Shown: positions 24,843 through 34,444 of the stretch, piece after piece
How positions within the stretch are numbered: the first letter of the stretch is position 1
Layout: the number at the start of each line of letters is the position of its first letter
Source of the DNA: a virus
Lineage: Duplodnaviria; Heunggongvirae; Uroviricota; Caudoviricetes
DNA length: 64,000 nucleotides
Virus record (IMG/VR): IMGVR_UViG_3300005329_000001
Direction: 5' to 3' (one strand)
Notes under the pieces: model-generated
Seen by the model: the letters and a program-made list of their open reading frames with translations, nothing else
The model's database searches: none
What the model was told of the DNA's origin: nothing
Translations under genes and position numbers: made by a program

Positions 24843-25321
24843 GCTCCAAAGCCCACGCTGACCGCCTCGCCAAGGCCTTGGAGTCGACAGGCATTTGCCA
24901 GGCAGTAAACGAGACGTTCACCCACGAGCAGGTTCGAGTCATCCTTCGCATCGCTGCAGGTGCGGAAGGGACGTGGACCCAGGTCATCGACAGGATCTTG
25001 ACGGCGTCGGAGTATCTCGACGGTCAGGCCCACAACTATCAGTCTCACATCTGCAAGAACTACTTCCGCAAGGACATGCCAGACGGGAGCAAGAAGCTCG
25101 TGTTTGGATGGTACGTCTCGATTCAGTCTCCGAGCATGAGCGAGTCGCTGGATGTCGTCGTCAGGGCTATCCGCGGCGCTCTGCCGGATGAGCCGGAACA
25201 GAAGAAAGAGGTCACTGAAATGCCGCTCGGTACGAGAGCCAAGGAGCTCAACGCTCCGAACGAGAAGGGCAGGGGCGCCTGGACCGTCGGCGGCAAGAAA
25301 GACTTCAAGGTGAACCGATGA
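24839..25321 (+). CDS. Hypothetical protein
   Basis: ORF track. Confidence 0.5.
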   Translation: MSSKAHADRLAKALESTGICQAVNETFTHEQVRVILRIAAGAEGTWTQVIDRILTASEYLDGQAHNYQSHICKNYFRKDMPDGSKKLVFGWYVSIQSPSMSESLDVVVRAIRGALPDEPEQKKEVTEMPLGTRAKELNAPNEKGRGAWTVGGKKDFKVNR

Positions 25322-25533
25322 GAGAATGCCCAGCGTGCAAGAGGACGTACAAGGATGGGGAAGCTGGCCATAAGCTCCTCCTCTATGACGTGGAGCCTAC
25401 GTGGTATACCGGGCCACGTTTTTGGATTTGCGAAGTCACAGCAGAGGGACTTCGAGGGATCCTTGCACAGTTCGATAAGAATACCGATCCGCAAACCTGG
25501 CACCAGCCTCTCGTGAAGACAATCAAGCGATGA
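25318..25533 (+). CDS. Small hypothetical protein (CPACKR motif)
   Basis: RBS AAGGTGA. Confidence 0.4.
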   Translation: MRECPACKRTYKDGEAGHKLLLYDVEPTWYTGPRFWICEVTAEGLRGILAQFDKNTDPQTWHQPLVKTIKR

Positions 25534-26198
25534 GCGACAAGACCTTCAGCGAAGCAGGACCGAACTTCGACCCAGATCGGCTCGACTCGGCTCAGCGTCG
25601 TACTTACGATGCGGCGCAGCGGTCGCTGCAGAAGGAGTTCTCGCCGGACAAAGAAGTGGCCGCACTCATGGGCTACAACGGCATTCGTGCGGGCTACAAG
25701 ATCGAGATCACCTTCGGCCCCTCGCGGACGATCCACGGCCCCAACACGGTCGCCATCTCGATTTGGGAGTCGGGCAAGCGTCTCGACGGCGACGGCGATG
25801 ATCAGATGTACTGGTGCCGCGACGTCGAGCAGAATTCGAATCTCGGCTGCGGCAAGCCGATCCCGTCTGGCGCCATTCACGCCGGCGTGGCCATCTGCCC
25901 GAGCTGCCAAATGGCCATTCGGGCCGACAAGCTGACCAGTCAGCAGTTCCATCGGATCAGCACGCAGAACCTCGCTGCAAAGATCGAGGCCCTCTTCCAC
26001 GACCTCAAGGACAACGCCGACATCTACTGCAAGTACCATCCGACTGATATCCGCTATCAGGCGGTGCTGAAGGAGAAGGGCTTCGAGAAGGCGCGATGGT
26101 TGCGCGGGCTGTTCATCTATCCGCTGAAGAACATCATCAAAGACACGGCAGCCGGGGCTACCCTTGCTTCTCGATTCAAGGCATTCTTGTCGGCATGA
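25530..26198 (+). CDS. Hypothetical protein with a CPSCQ motif
   Basis: ORF track. Confidence 0.5.
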   Translation: MSDKTFSEAGPNFDPDRLDSAQRRTYDAAQRSLQKEFSPDKEVAALMGYNGIRAGYKIEITFGPSRTIHGPNTVAISIWESGKRLDGDGDDQMYWCRDVEQNSNLGCGKPIPSGAIHAGVAICPSCQMAIRADKLTSQQFHRISTQNLAAKIEALFHDLKDNADIYCKYHPTDIRYQAVLKEKGFEKARWLRGLFIYPLKNIIKDTAAGATLASRFKAFLSA

Positions 26199-26719
26199 AC
26201 CCAGGACTCTTCAGCTTCTTGAAGGTTGCCGCTTCTCTCGAAGAGAAGTTGGATCAGCACTTCGACATGCCCGGCAACGGGAAGAAGTGGACGTCGTTCC
26301 GGCAGAACCTTCGCAGCAAGACCTTCACCGAGGCTGTGAAGAACGATCCACGCGCCGACGAGAAGCTGAAGAAGTACTCCGAGATGGTCCATCTCCACAA
26401 GATCGGCAAGGGTCCCTCATTCCCCGTCACTGGAGATTCGGGCAAGCGGTACGTGGTCAAGTACCACCCGAAGATCGAGCGCTTCACCTGCTCCTGCCCC
26501 GACTGGACGATCAAGCACTCCATCGATGGTGGCGACTGCAAGCACATCAGGAAGCTGAAGTCGCAGGCGGACATGGTGAAGGCCGCCGGCGTGGCTCTGC
26601 GAGAGCTCTTTGGGGCGGGCAGGCTCGGCATGCATGTACTGCGGAATGAGACTGCGAATGAGCAGGCGTGGCACGCTCGAGAGACGAACCGGATGCATAA
26701 GAAAGTGAGGGGAGCCTAA
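26195..26719 (+). CDS. SWIM-type zinc-finger protein
   Basis: CSCPDW...GGDCKHI is the CxC-xn-CxH SWIM signature. Confidence 0.5.
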   Translation: MNPGLFSFLKVAASLEEKLDQHFDMPGNGKKWTSFRQNLRSKTFTEAVKNDPRADEKLKKYSEMVHLHKIGKGPSFPVTGDSGKRYVVKYHPKIERFTCSCPDWTIKHSIDGGDCKHIRKLKSQADMVKAAGVALRELFGAGRLGMHVLRNETANEQAWHARETNRMHKKVRGA

Positions 26720-26877
26720 TCATAGGACCGGGCTGCGCTGCCCGGCCGACCTCCGCTGGTATGCTCACGGCGTGGTCTCAACACCGCCTTTGGTGAATGT
26801 GACACCGCCCCACGATGCTGGATGGAGTCCTGGGATCTCCACACAAGTCCTTATCCAGGCAACGAGGAGTTTTTTGC

Positions 26878-27174
26878 ATGAACGATGCGAAGACGCTCAA
26901 GGAGGCAAACGAAGCGCTCAACCGACGGAAGCACTTGCTGTCCGTCTGGGAGGCGCTGCACGATTACCTCGACAAGAACTTCATCGGCAAGGACGGGCGT
27001 CAGGTGAAGGCGTTACGGTCTCCGGGGGCAATGCCGGAGATCGTTCCTGAAGATGTGATCGAAGAAATTCTGGGCGCCATCGGCGGAGGGCCGATCGCTC
27101 AACTCAACAACGAGATTGCCTCGATCGAGAATCAGAAGGTCGTGGTACTCGGGGAGGCCAAGGCATCATCATGA
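26878..27174 (+). CDS. Hypothetical protein
   Basis: RBS AGGAG. Confidence 0.4.
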   Translation: MNDAKTLKEANEALNRRKHLLSVWEALHDYLDKNFIGKDGRQVKALRSPGAMPEIVPEDVIEEILGAIGGGPIAQLNNEIASIENQKVVVLGEAKASS

Positions 27175-27809
27175 GCAAGCATATCGGGCTGAACAGGGCG
27201 AAGCAGAGCGATCGGCAGGCCAAGAACGACGGCAAGGTGCTTCTGGCGGTCAAGGACATCGCCGAGAAGGTCACCAGGTTCGGCAAGGAGTGGATGGACA
27301 AGCACAACAGCTTGGCCACCCTCGTCAGCGAGTGGACCGAGAAGCACAACAAGCTCGGTGCCGTCGTCGAGGCGCTCTTCAAGAACTCGACGCTCGAGAT
27401 CGGTAAGATCTGGGGCAACGAGCAGGCGATGCAGGACAGCATCGAGCACATGGACTTGAACATCCTCGCCCTCGCCGAGATGAACAAGCACATCCTCATC
27501 AAGCTGCTGCAGAAGACTTCCGGGCAGGCAGGCATGACGGAAGAGGAGATCGAAGCAGCGGCCGAGGAGCTCAGGAAGGATCTCATGAAGCGGTCCTTCT
27601 CTGTCGTCCAAGAGCGCCTGGCGAAGGAGAGGGCCGCCAAGGAAGAAGCCGCAGAGAAGGCTGCCCGCGAAGAGGCCGAGGCCAAGACCGAGGCGGAGAA
27701 GGCAGAAGCGGCTCTCAAGGCAGCCGAGCAGCCCGTCACGATCGAGGAAGTCAACAGCGGCGGCCCGGGGTGCGACATCCCCGAAGGTGCCACCGTCTTT
27801 GGAGGCTGA
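27171..27809 (+). CDS. Coiled-coil protein (E/A/K-rich C-terminus)
   Basis: ORF track. Heptad-rich segment EEAAEKAAREEAEAKTEAEKAEAALKAAE. Confidence 0.5.
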   Translation: MSKHIGLNRAKQSDRQAKNDGKVLLAVKDIAEKVTRFGKEWMDKHNSLATLVSEWTEKHNKLGAVVEALFKNSTLEIGKIWGNEQAMQDSIEHMDLNILALAEMNKHILIKLLQKTSGQAGMTEEEIEAAAEELRKDLMKRSFSVVQERLAKERAAKEEAAEKAAREEAEAKTEAEKAEAALKAAEQPVTIEEVNSGGPGCDIPEGATVFGG

Positions 27810-27810
27810 C

Positions 27811-28005
27811 ATGTCCGTGAAGACAGGAACAAGGCAGCTCGGCCTTCAGCCGGGCGCCGCGGTAGATCCGAAGTCGAAGGGCCAGCCTCGATCGATGCGC
27901 TGCCCTGGCTGCGGCCGAACGGCGATGGAAGCCCCGGACGGTAAGGGCGGGAAGCTCTTACGCTGCCCGAATTGCCGGCGCGAGTTCAAATTCACCTCGA
28001 TGTAG
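27811..28005 (+). CDS. Small zinc-ribbon protein
   Basis: Motifs CPGCGR...CPNCRR. RBS GGAGG. Confidence 0.45.
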   Translation: MSVKTGTRQLGLQPGAAVDPKSKGQPRSMRCPGCGRTAMEAPDGKGGKLLRCPNCRREFKFTSM

Positions 28006-28010
28006 TAGCT

Positions 28011-28037
28011 AAAAAAGAGGGCCAGCGTCGGCCCTCT
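28011..28037 (-). terminator. Rho-independent terminator: perfect 8-bp stem AGAGGGCC/GGCCCTCT with a U-tract on the minus strand
   Basis: It lies 3' of the minus-strand ligase gene and 3' of the plus-strand gene ending at 28005. On the minus strand a TTTTTTAGCTA follows the stem. Confidence 0.55.
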
Positions 28038-28041
28038 CTCC

Positions 28042-29511
28042 CTACAGCTTCTCGTTCACACACTCATCAGCACGCTTGTCATCTCTCGCCTCCACGAACA
28101 CTGGATGCCGAAGAGCGTTCGTCTTCTCTCCGTCGGAGATGTACGTCCTGCCTTTGAACTCGCATTTGCAGACGAAGGGGAAGTGCTCCTTCCTGAGCTG
28201 TGCTTGGAACTCGTATGCCATGCCTGACGAGCACTTGGAGATATAGACCAGCTCTCCCTTGGGGTTGTACTGGTACAGAGCCACCGAGCCGACGCCACCG
28301 TGCTCGACCACGGCACCGCTCGGCAGCATCACTTCCTTGTCTCGCTCGTGCTTGCCTGTACCCCACTCACCCATGTTCTTCTTGTCCGGGTCCCAGTACG
28401 CGATGAAGTCGTCCTCGGCCGTCGGCTTGGACTTGGCGCAGCTCGAGGGGCGGTCGGGCTTGCCCTTCAGGCTCCATCCCTTGTCGCCGTAGATCGCGTC
28501 AGGGTCGACGACCACCCAACCCTCGATGCCCAGCTCCTTGGCGTGCTCGAGGGCCTTCTCCGCATTGGGGAAGTTGCAGATCTGAATCTGCTGGATGTAC
28601 TGGGGCACCGATGAGGCGCAGTGCTGGAGGATGATGTTGTAGCGATCGGCTACGCGGACGGTGCGAACCAAGTCTTGCCCGGCATAGAACGGAACGTCCC
28701 ACCAGTAGAAGACAGGCGGGTTCGAGATCTGGTCTTGTAGCGATCGTTCGGTCAGCCCTTTGGTGTACCCCGACGAGATGCGAAGGTCGTCTCTCCCTGT
28801 GACGGGGTTCACGGCGACCAGCTCGACTGCCATCATGGTGCCGTTCGGCAACTGCAACTTCTCGACGTCGGCATAGAGATGGGGGAACCGCAGGGTCCAC
28901 GGCTTCGCCGTCGAGTAGTCGAGAGTGCCGTCGGGCAACTCCAGCGGCTCTTCGGTGTCACTCCACGGACGAGACCGACGAGAGTAGAACCGAATGTTGC
29001 CGTAGAAGTCCTTGATGACCCACATCGCGACGCCGTCGCGCTTGAGCGTATGCAGTGCTTTTCCTGCATTGGTGAGCTCGAGTAGACGCTTGTGGTCTTC
29101 AAGCTCATTCTCGGGCTTGTAGAGGCAAAAGGAGCCCGGCAGGTTGGTTAGCAGGTGGTTGACGCTCTTGTCTTCATTCCGCCGATCGATGTTGTAACCG
29201 GCATCGTATTCGTCATAGCCCTCGAAGTCCCACTTCTTGCGAACGTCTCGCCGAGCTTCTGCGATCGCATCCTGGACGGTCGAGATCTCGTTCTTCTTGC
29301 CCTTGTTCTTGAGCTTGCCCTGGTAGTTGGTCTCTTGCATCGCCCCATCGAGCAGGCCGTGTCGCGTGTAGACGCGATCTTCTTCGACCCAAATCTCCCA
29401 GACGTTTGGGCGATCTCCTCGACCGTTGTGCTGGCGGAATTGCCGGATACGCCCGTCCCACTGGCGCTGCCGCTCGTCGAACGATAGAGATGCCCAACTC
29501 GAGTTATTCAT
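28042..29511 (-). CDS. ATP-dependent polynucleotide (DNA/RNA) ligase, second copy
   Basis: Motif I LKRDGVAM (KxDG). Motif III-like MMAVELVAV. Motif IV EGWVVVD. Motif V SCAKSK. I preferred ATG at 29511 (RBS GGGGAG) over the TTG start at 29535 listed by the ORF track. Confidence 0.7.
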   Translation of the reverse strand: MNNSSWASLSFDERQRQWDGRIRQFRQHNGRGDRPNVWEIWVEEDRVYTRHGLLDGAMQETNYQGKLKNKGKKNEISTVQDAIAEARRDVRKKWDFEGYDEYDAGYNIDRRNEDKSVNHLLTNLPGSFCLYKPENELEDHKRLLELTNAGKALHTLKRDGVAMWVIKDFYGNIRFYSRRSRPWSDTEEPLELPDGTLDYSTAKPWTLRFPHLYADVEKLQLPNGTMMAVELVAVNPVTGRDDLRISSGYTKGLTERSLQDQISNPPVFYWWDVPFYAGQDLVRTVRVADRYNIILQHCASSVPQYIQQIQICNFPNAEKALEHAKELGIEGWVVVDPDAIYGDKGWSLKGKPDRPSSCAKSKPTAEDDFIAYWDPDKKNMGEWGTGKHERDKEVMLPSGAVVEHGGVGSVALYQYNPKGELVYISKCSSGMAYEFQAQLRKEHFPFVCKCEFKGRTYISDGEKTNALRHPVFVEARDDKRADECVNEKL

Positions 29512-29535
29512 TTCATTCTCCCCAGTTAGAGACAA

Positions 29536-29620
29536 ATTAGCTGACCGGTAGTACCTTATCTCATGACTAACAATCTTTCCACTTGCTATTCGTCTAGCTG
29601 GTATCTATCCTGTACTTGTC
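29536..29620. promoter_or_regulatory. AT-rich divergent promoter region between the minus-strand ligase island and the plus-strand genes
   Basis: GC drops locally. The gene at 29621 has no RBS and may be leaderless. Confidence 0.3.
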
Positions 29621-29944
29621 ATGATGCTGGAGAGCAAGAAGCAGCTCAACGTCAAGGTCTCAGATCGAGCCGTGGCCTTGGTCGAGAAGGCGGCCTTCTT
29701 GCTCCACAAGACGAAGTCGCAGGTAGTAGAGGAGTCCGTCCATGCGTATGCAAAAGCTCACCACATCGCAGAGCGTTACCAACTAAACATCAAGAACGGG
29801 ATGTTGGTGCTCTTGCGACTGGAAGGCGACAGCGCCGAAATTATCGAGATGGAAACGCTAAACGGTGTTGCGCCCGAGGTAATTGCGCAGAGATACTCTT
29901 CTAGGTACCACCAAGAAGTACCCCTGATCGTGGAGAAGAAGTAG
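29621..29944 (+). CDS. Hypothetical protein (107 aa), possible DNA-binding protein
   Basis: ORF track. No SD. Confidence 0.4.
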   Translation: MMLESKKQLNVKVSDRAVALVEKAAFLLHKTKSQVVEESVHAYAKAHHIAERYQLNIKNGMLVLLRLEGDSAEIIEMETLNGVAPEVIAQRYSSRYHQEVPLIVEKK

Positions 29945-29946
29945 TC

Positions 29947-30216
29947 ATGAAGCCGCTCATCGAAGTACGAGTTGCCGACGAGGAGCTCGAGCACCTGACG
30001 CAGGGCGGGCCCGCCAATGGGCCGCAGCTCGCCCGGTTGCTCGACGACGAGCTTGCTCGCTTCGACGCTTGGATGGCGAAGCAGCTCAACGGTCGTCTCA
30101 CCCGCATGGAGAGTGCGATCGTCAAGACGTACCTGTACCAGAAGATCGTCGGACGGGTCGACAGCCTCGACACCAAGCCGATCGACGTTCTCGATATGGC
30201 CGTGAAAACCGGCTAG
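29947..30216 (+). CDS. Hypothetical protein (89 aa)
   Basis: ORF track. Confidence 0.4.
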   Translation: MKPLIEVRVADEELEHLTQGGPANGPQLARLLDDELARFDAWMAKQLNGRLTRMESAIVKTYLYQKIVGRVDSLDTKPIDVLDMAVKTG

Positions 30217-30245
30217 AAGTCTGCTGAGCGCGACCTCAGCCTGAT

Positions 30246-30286
30246 AGCCCTGCACGGCCTGGAATCCGTGCAGGGCTCTTTTTTAT
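30246..30286 (+). terminator. Rho-independent terminator (plus strand)
   Basis: AGCCCTGCACGG-cctggaat-CCGTGCAGGGCT (12-bp perfect stem) followed by CTTTTTTATCTA. Confidence 0.6.
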
Positions 30287-30525
30287 CTACCGTTCTTCGG
30301 GCACCACGACTCGTGCGACAGCTCCTTGTGTGGTGTGCAGTGCTCGCAGATTCCGAGCGCCAGCAGTATCAGCTCTCCAATCTCTGCCTTGCACTGCGCT
30401 CTTGCGCTGGCGATCTTGTCCTCGACAGTAGCTTCGTATGTCCAAGATCCGTGGAACTGCTCTGCTGCGAGAGTGCGGCCGAGCCGCTCCAGTCCCTCCC
30501 ACCGCTCGTCATCACACGCTGCCAT
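30283..30525 (-). CDS. Small Cys-containing protein (80 aa)
   Basis: RBS AAGGAAG. Motifs CEHC...WCPKN. Confidence 0.35.
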   Translation of the reverse strand: MAACDDERWEGLERLGRTLAAEQFHGSWTYEATVEDKIASARAQCKAEIGELILLALGICEHCTPHKELSHESWCPKNGR

Positions 30526-30976
30526 CTTCGTCTTCCTTCTTTCGTATTGTAGGAATGCTCGAGAGAAATCGCATGATCGGTGCCGCTAGTTTCGCCTGCA
30601 GCGGCTGTACGATCGAGCTTGGCATCATGATGCCAATCCCTTGCTCGAAGGCGACAGCGGCTGAAAGAACCGGATCGAGATCCTCTTCTTCCTTCTTCGT
30701 GATGTGGTAGGTCGTATTGATCACCTTCTCCCAGCCCTCGACGTTCCATCTGGCCAAGCAGGGGTGCAGGGTAGCAATGTGCAGAACAGTTCGACTGGAG
30801 AAGGTCCCTTCACCTCTCGTCTGCTTCAGGTCCTTGACGTTGAACTCTCGGAACTTGGTGTTGGTGTACTTGACTACTTTGGAGACGGTCTTCGGATTGA
30901 GAGGAGAGAAGAGTCCTCCGAATACGATCACGACACCGTATCCCATGACGTTGAGGCAGAGGATCTCGAAAAACAT
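30512..30976 (-). CDS. Membrane protein (154 aa), N-terminal TM
   Basis: Product MFFEILCLNVMGYGVVIVFGGLF. Strong RBS GAGGAGG. Confidence 0.5.
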   Translation of the reverse strand: MFFEILCLNVMGYGVVIVFGGLFSPLNPKTVSKVVKYTNTKFREFNVKDLKQTRGEGTFSSRTVLHIATLHPCLARWNVEGWEKVINTTYHITKKEEEDLDPVLSAAVAFEQGIGIMMPSSIVQPLQAKLAAPIMRFLSSIPTIRKKEDEDGSV

Positions 30977-31069
30977 GATGTACCTCCTCTAAATTCTTAT
31001 CCCACCACGACATTGCTCTTTTCCCTGCACATCCCGTAGAATCTGCGAAGGCCTGCCGCGAGGGATCCA

Positions 31070-34000
31070 GTGCTCAGCTCTTCCCAAGTCGCCGCTCTCA
31101 TGCAGCAACAGCAGCAAGCCTTCATGGGCATGCAGCAATACAGTCAGGTGATCTCTGCCCAGATGCCGCAGGCGTATGGAATCGGCGCCTACGGCATGCA
31201 GCAGCCCATCGCGCCACAGTTCGGCCAAGTGCCGTACGCGCCAATGCAGCGTCCCGGTTTCAGCTACGGGGGCGGGAACGCGTTTGGTTACGGACTCGGC
31301 AATCAGATTGGCGCGGCGTCGATGGCGGCGATGGGAGGTGCGGGGCAGTTCGCGCTTGGCGGACTCGGCATTGCCGGCGGTCTCGGTCTCATGGGCAAGG
31401 CTGGCATGCTCTTCGACCCGATCAGCGCCGGCCAGATGGCCTACGGAGGCGCTCGAGCGCTCGGTATGGGCGGCGGGCTGGGATGGGGAGCTGGCCTCTT
31501 GGCGGGTGGAGCGGTTGCCGGCGGCATGGCCTTCGCTGGTCATGCCCTCGGTTCAATGGTGAGTGGCGCCCAGGAGCAGGCTGGCATCAACCAGACCCTC
31601 GGGCAGTTCAACTTCGGCAACTCGATGAGCCGGTCGGGACGAGGATTCACTCGTCAAGATGCGATGGCGATCGGCTCCATGGCACGTGAGCTCCAGGCCA
31701 TCCCCGAGATGATGACCTCGATGTCCGAGCTCACTCGCATCATGGACCGCATGGGCCAGATGGGGATGATGCAGGGCGTCCGCGACGCCGGCGAGTTCTC
31801 CAAGAGGTTCAAGGAGACGATCCACGTTCTAAAGGATGTCTCCAAGATGATGGGCACGACGATGGAAGAGGCCATGCAGGCCTTCCAGGAGTCGAAGCAG
31901 TCAGGGTTCTACAGCCCCGACGCCATCAAGCAGAACATCATGCAGCGTCAGATCGTTGGCGGTCTGACGGGAATGAACCAGCAGCAGGTCGCCGCACTCC
32001 AACAGTACGGAGCACAGGGCAGTATCGCGGCGGGTGGCTCTCGGGCCGGAGGGGCGCGGTCAGTCACCCGTATCGCCGGTGAGCTCGGAATGGCAAACCA
32101 GATGGGCCTGCTGTCGAACGACAGGCTCATGGAGCTCACAGGCGAAGAGGGCGCGGGAGGCATTCAGCAGCTTGCCGGCACTCTGAACGACGTCGGCCAA
32201 CGAATGGGTCGCTCGAGCCTTGGCACGGCCATGACCCTCGCACTTGGAGAGGTGCAGGGCGGTCGCTACACCGGCCGCATGGACGAGGAGCTGGTGCAGC
32301 GTGTTCGAGCCGGCAACATCGGCAAGGACGAACTGCTCCGCCTTGCCCACGAGAAGTCTCGAGGCCGCAACGCCAAGCTCTCGTTCGCGGCTCACCGTCA
32401 GCGCCTGACCACCGAGATGGTCAACTCCGCCGGCGCACAGGGCGTGGCGATGGAGCTGCAGACCATCCTCGGCGAGCGCGGGTTCGACAATCCAGACGCT
32501 CTCAACCTCGTCATGCAGCGCTACGGCGTCGGCGAGCGGGAGGCGAACCAGGTCATCCAGCTCATGAAGGACATGCCGAACATTCAGCGTGGCATGGCTG
32601 AGGCTGGCACTACGGAGACACGTCGTATCGCCGAGCAGGCCTTCATGAGGGACAACGCCTCATTCGAGGGCATCAAAAGGAAGATCGGCAAGAAGTTCGA
32701 GAACGTGATGACCGAGCCCTTCAAGCGGCTTGGCGCCAGCATCTCGAATAGCGTCGGGGAAGCAGTCGACAACTTCGTGGACGACATCTTTGGTCGCTAC
32801 CAGACGAAGGTGACGGAGCTCGCCGGCAGCACTGCTCTCAAGGCCTCTATGGGCGACAAGGCCGCTCGTGGTCTCGTGGGTGCGGCGATGGGAGACGTGA
32901 ACGCCAATCGTCGGCTAGGAGCGGATCTTCGCAACAACAGCCCGATCGGCGGTCTACTCAATTCGCTCAGTGGGCAGCAGACGGCTGGCGACGTTCAAGC
33001 GAGCGTTCTCCGGGCGATGGGCGGCCAGTACTACGACACGATCCAGGGCACTGGCAACCCAGACGCAGACGCGGCCCGTATCCTCAAGGCCGGAGGCTCC
33101 ATCCTGCAGAGCTCTGGCGGTGTCTTCAGCGGCGGCGAGTACACCGTTGCGACGGCCGGCGGCCGAGCCCAGGCGCAGCGTGCTCTTCTTGGGGAGAACC
33201 GGGTTGCAGGCAAGATCGACATCTCCAAGGGTGTCGGTAAGGCTGCCCTCCTCACGCTCAAGAGCCAACTGCTCGGTAACAAGGAACTGCAAAACGAAGA
33301 GCTCACCGACCAAGAGAAGCTCGAGATCATCAAGAAGGGCTTTGGCGAAGCAGGGTTTGAGCAGTTACTGCCAAAGCTGAAGAAGCAGCTCGGCACGGAC
33401 AATGAAGTCGATATCCTCGACGCGCTGGCAAAGGCGGGCGGGATGGAGAACCAGATTGGCATGTTCTCCCGCCGCGGTCTCGCTGGTGGGTTGCGCGGAG
33501 CTGGTTCTGAGGCAGCGCTCTCTCGTCGCATCCGGGACGAGATCGGTACGGCGTCCAAGGGCTTCAAAGGCAAGGAAGATCTCGCCAAGAGCGTCCTCAC
33601 AGAAGGTGGAGGCGTCGCCAAGATCCTCAGTGCGGCCTTCGGCGGTGGCAAGATGGCCGATCAGGTCAGGATGGCGCTGGGCGAGCGAGAGGGTTCGGCC
33701 GTCAGCAAGGAAGTCCTCGCTGCATTGGGCATGACTCAGAAGGAGTTCGACGCAGCAAGAGGACAAGGCCGGGAGCTCATGGCCGCCGGCTTGGAAGGTC
33801 ACGCCTCCGGCGCCGACATCCAGAAGGTGCTCGGCAGCCAGCTCTCTATGGCGGTGCTTCGGAACGAGAAGCGCGAGAAGGAGATGGGTGAGGGCCTCAC
33901 TGAGCGCATCAACCAGGCAAATCTCGGTGGGCTCACCGCCGGCGGGCGCGGGCTCGTCAATCAGATCGGCGGGCTTGCTGGTCGCCTCAGCCGCGGCGAG

Positions 34001-34444
34001 GGCTTCGGGGACAACATCGGTGACATCATCTCCGGCCTCGCCGACTACAAGGGCAAGGACCGAACGAAGGTCATGGGCCTCGCTGGTGGTGAACTCCAGG
34101 CGGGCGCACAGTTCATCACCGACACGAGGAACGCGTACCGACACTCGAAGGGCAAATCCGTCGACGACATCATCGAGCGCCTTGGTCTCACTGGCGACAT
34201 CGCCGGCGAAGTCAGGAAGATGGCGGGCTCGGACAAGGTTGTTAGCTCTTCGGAAGAGAAGACAATCGAGCGGTATCTCGGCGAGACGGCGACGAGAAGC
34301 CTGGCTGCGGCGAAGGGCGGCGAGCAGAACACCGTGAACGCGGCGAACAACCTTGCCAAGGCCCTCGAGACAGTGAACAAGAACTTCGACGCCACGGCGC
34401 AGATTCTTCAGAACCTGCTCAAGCAAGGGCAGGGAGGTAAGTGA
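31070..34444 (+). CDS. Large Gly/Ala/Met-rich virion protein (1124 aa), tape-measure-like
   Basis: The N-terminal 170 aa contain repeated GxxxG glycine-zipper hydrophobic segments (GGLGIAGGLGLMGKAG, GGGLGWGAGLLAGGAVAGGMAFAG). A long alpha-helical, coiled-coil-rich body follows. GTG start with RBS GAGGG. First gene of the structural block. Confidence 0.45.
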   Translation: MLSSSQVAALMQQQQQAFMGMQQYSQVISAQMPQAYGIGAYGMQQPIAPQFGQVPYAPMQRPGFSYGGGNAFGYGLGNQIGAASMAAMGGAGQFALGGLGIAGGLGLMGKAGMLFDPISAGQMAYGGARALGMGGGLGWGAGLLAGGAVAGGMAFAGHALGSMVSGAQEQAGINQTLGQFNFGNSMSRSGRGFTRQDAMAIGSMARELQAIPEMMTSMSELTRIMDRMGQMGMMQGVRDAGEFSKRFKETIHVLKDVSKMMGTTMEEAMQAFQESKQSGFYSPDAIKQNIMQRQIVGGLTGMNQQQVAALQQYGAQGSIAAGGSRAGGARSVTRIAGELGMANQMGLLSNDRLMELTGEEGAGGIQQLAGTLNDVGQRMGRSSLGTAMTLALGEVQGGRYTGRMDEELVQRVRAGNIGKDELLRLAHEKSRGRNAKLSFAAHRQRLTTEMVNSAGAQGVAMELQTILGERGFDNPDALNLVMQRYGVGEREANQVIQLMKDMPNIQRGMAEAGTTETRRIAEQAFMRDNASFEGIKRKIGKKFENVMTEPFKRLGASISNSVGEAVDNFVDDIFGRYQTKVTELAGSTALKASMGDKAARGLVGAAMGDVNANRRLGADLRNNSPIGGLLNSLSGQQTAGDVQASVLRAMGGQYYDTIQGTGNPDADAARILKAGGSILQSSGGVFSGGEYTVATAGGRAQAQRALLGENRVAGKIDISKGVGKAALLTLKSQLLGNKELQNEELTDQEKLEIIKKGFGEAGFEQLLPKLKKQLGTDNEVDILDALAKAGGMENQIGMFSRRGLAGGLRGAGSEAALSRRIRDEIGTASKGFKGKEDLAKSVLTEGGGVAKILSAAFGGGKMADQVRMALGEREGSAVSKEVLAALGMTQKEFDAARGQGRELMAAGLEGHASGADIQKVLGSQLSMAVLRNEKREKEMGEGLTERINQANLGGLTAGGRGLVNQIGGLAGRLSRGEGFGDNIGDIISGLADYKGKDRTKVMGLAGGELQAGAQFITDTRNAYRHSKGKSVDDIIERLGLTGDIAGEVRKMAGSDKVVSSSEEKTIERYLGETATRSLAAAKGGEQNTVNAANNLAKALETVNKNFDATAQILQNLLKQGQGGK

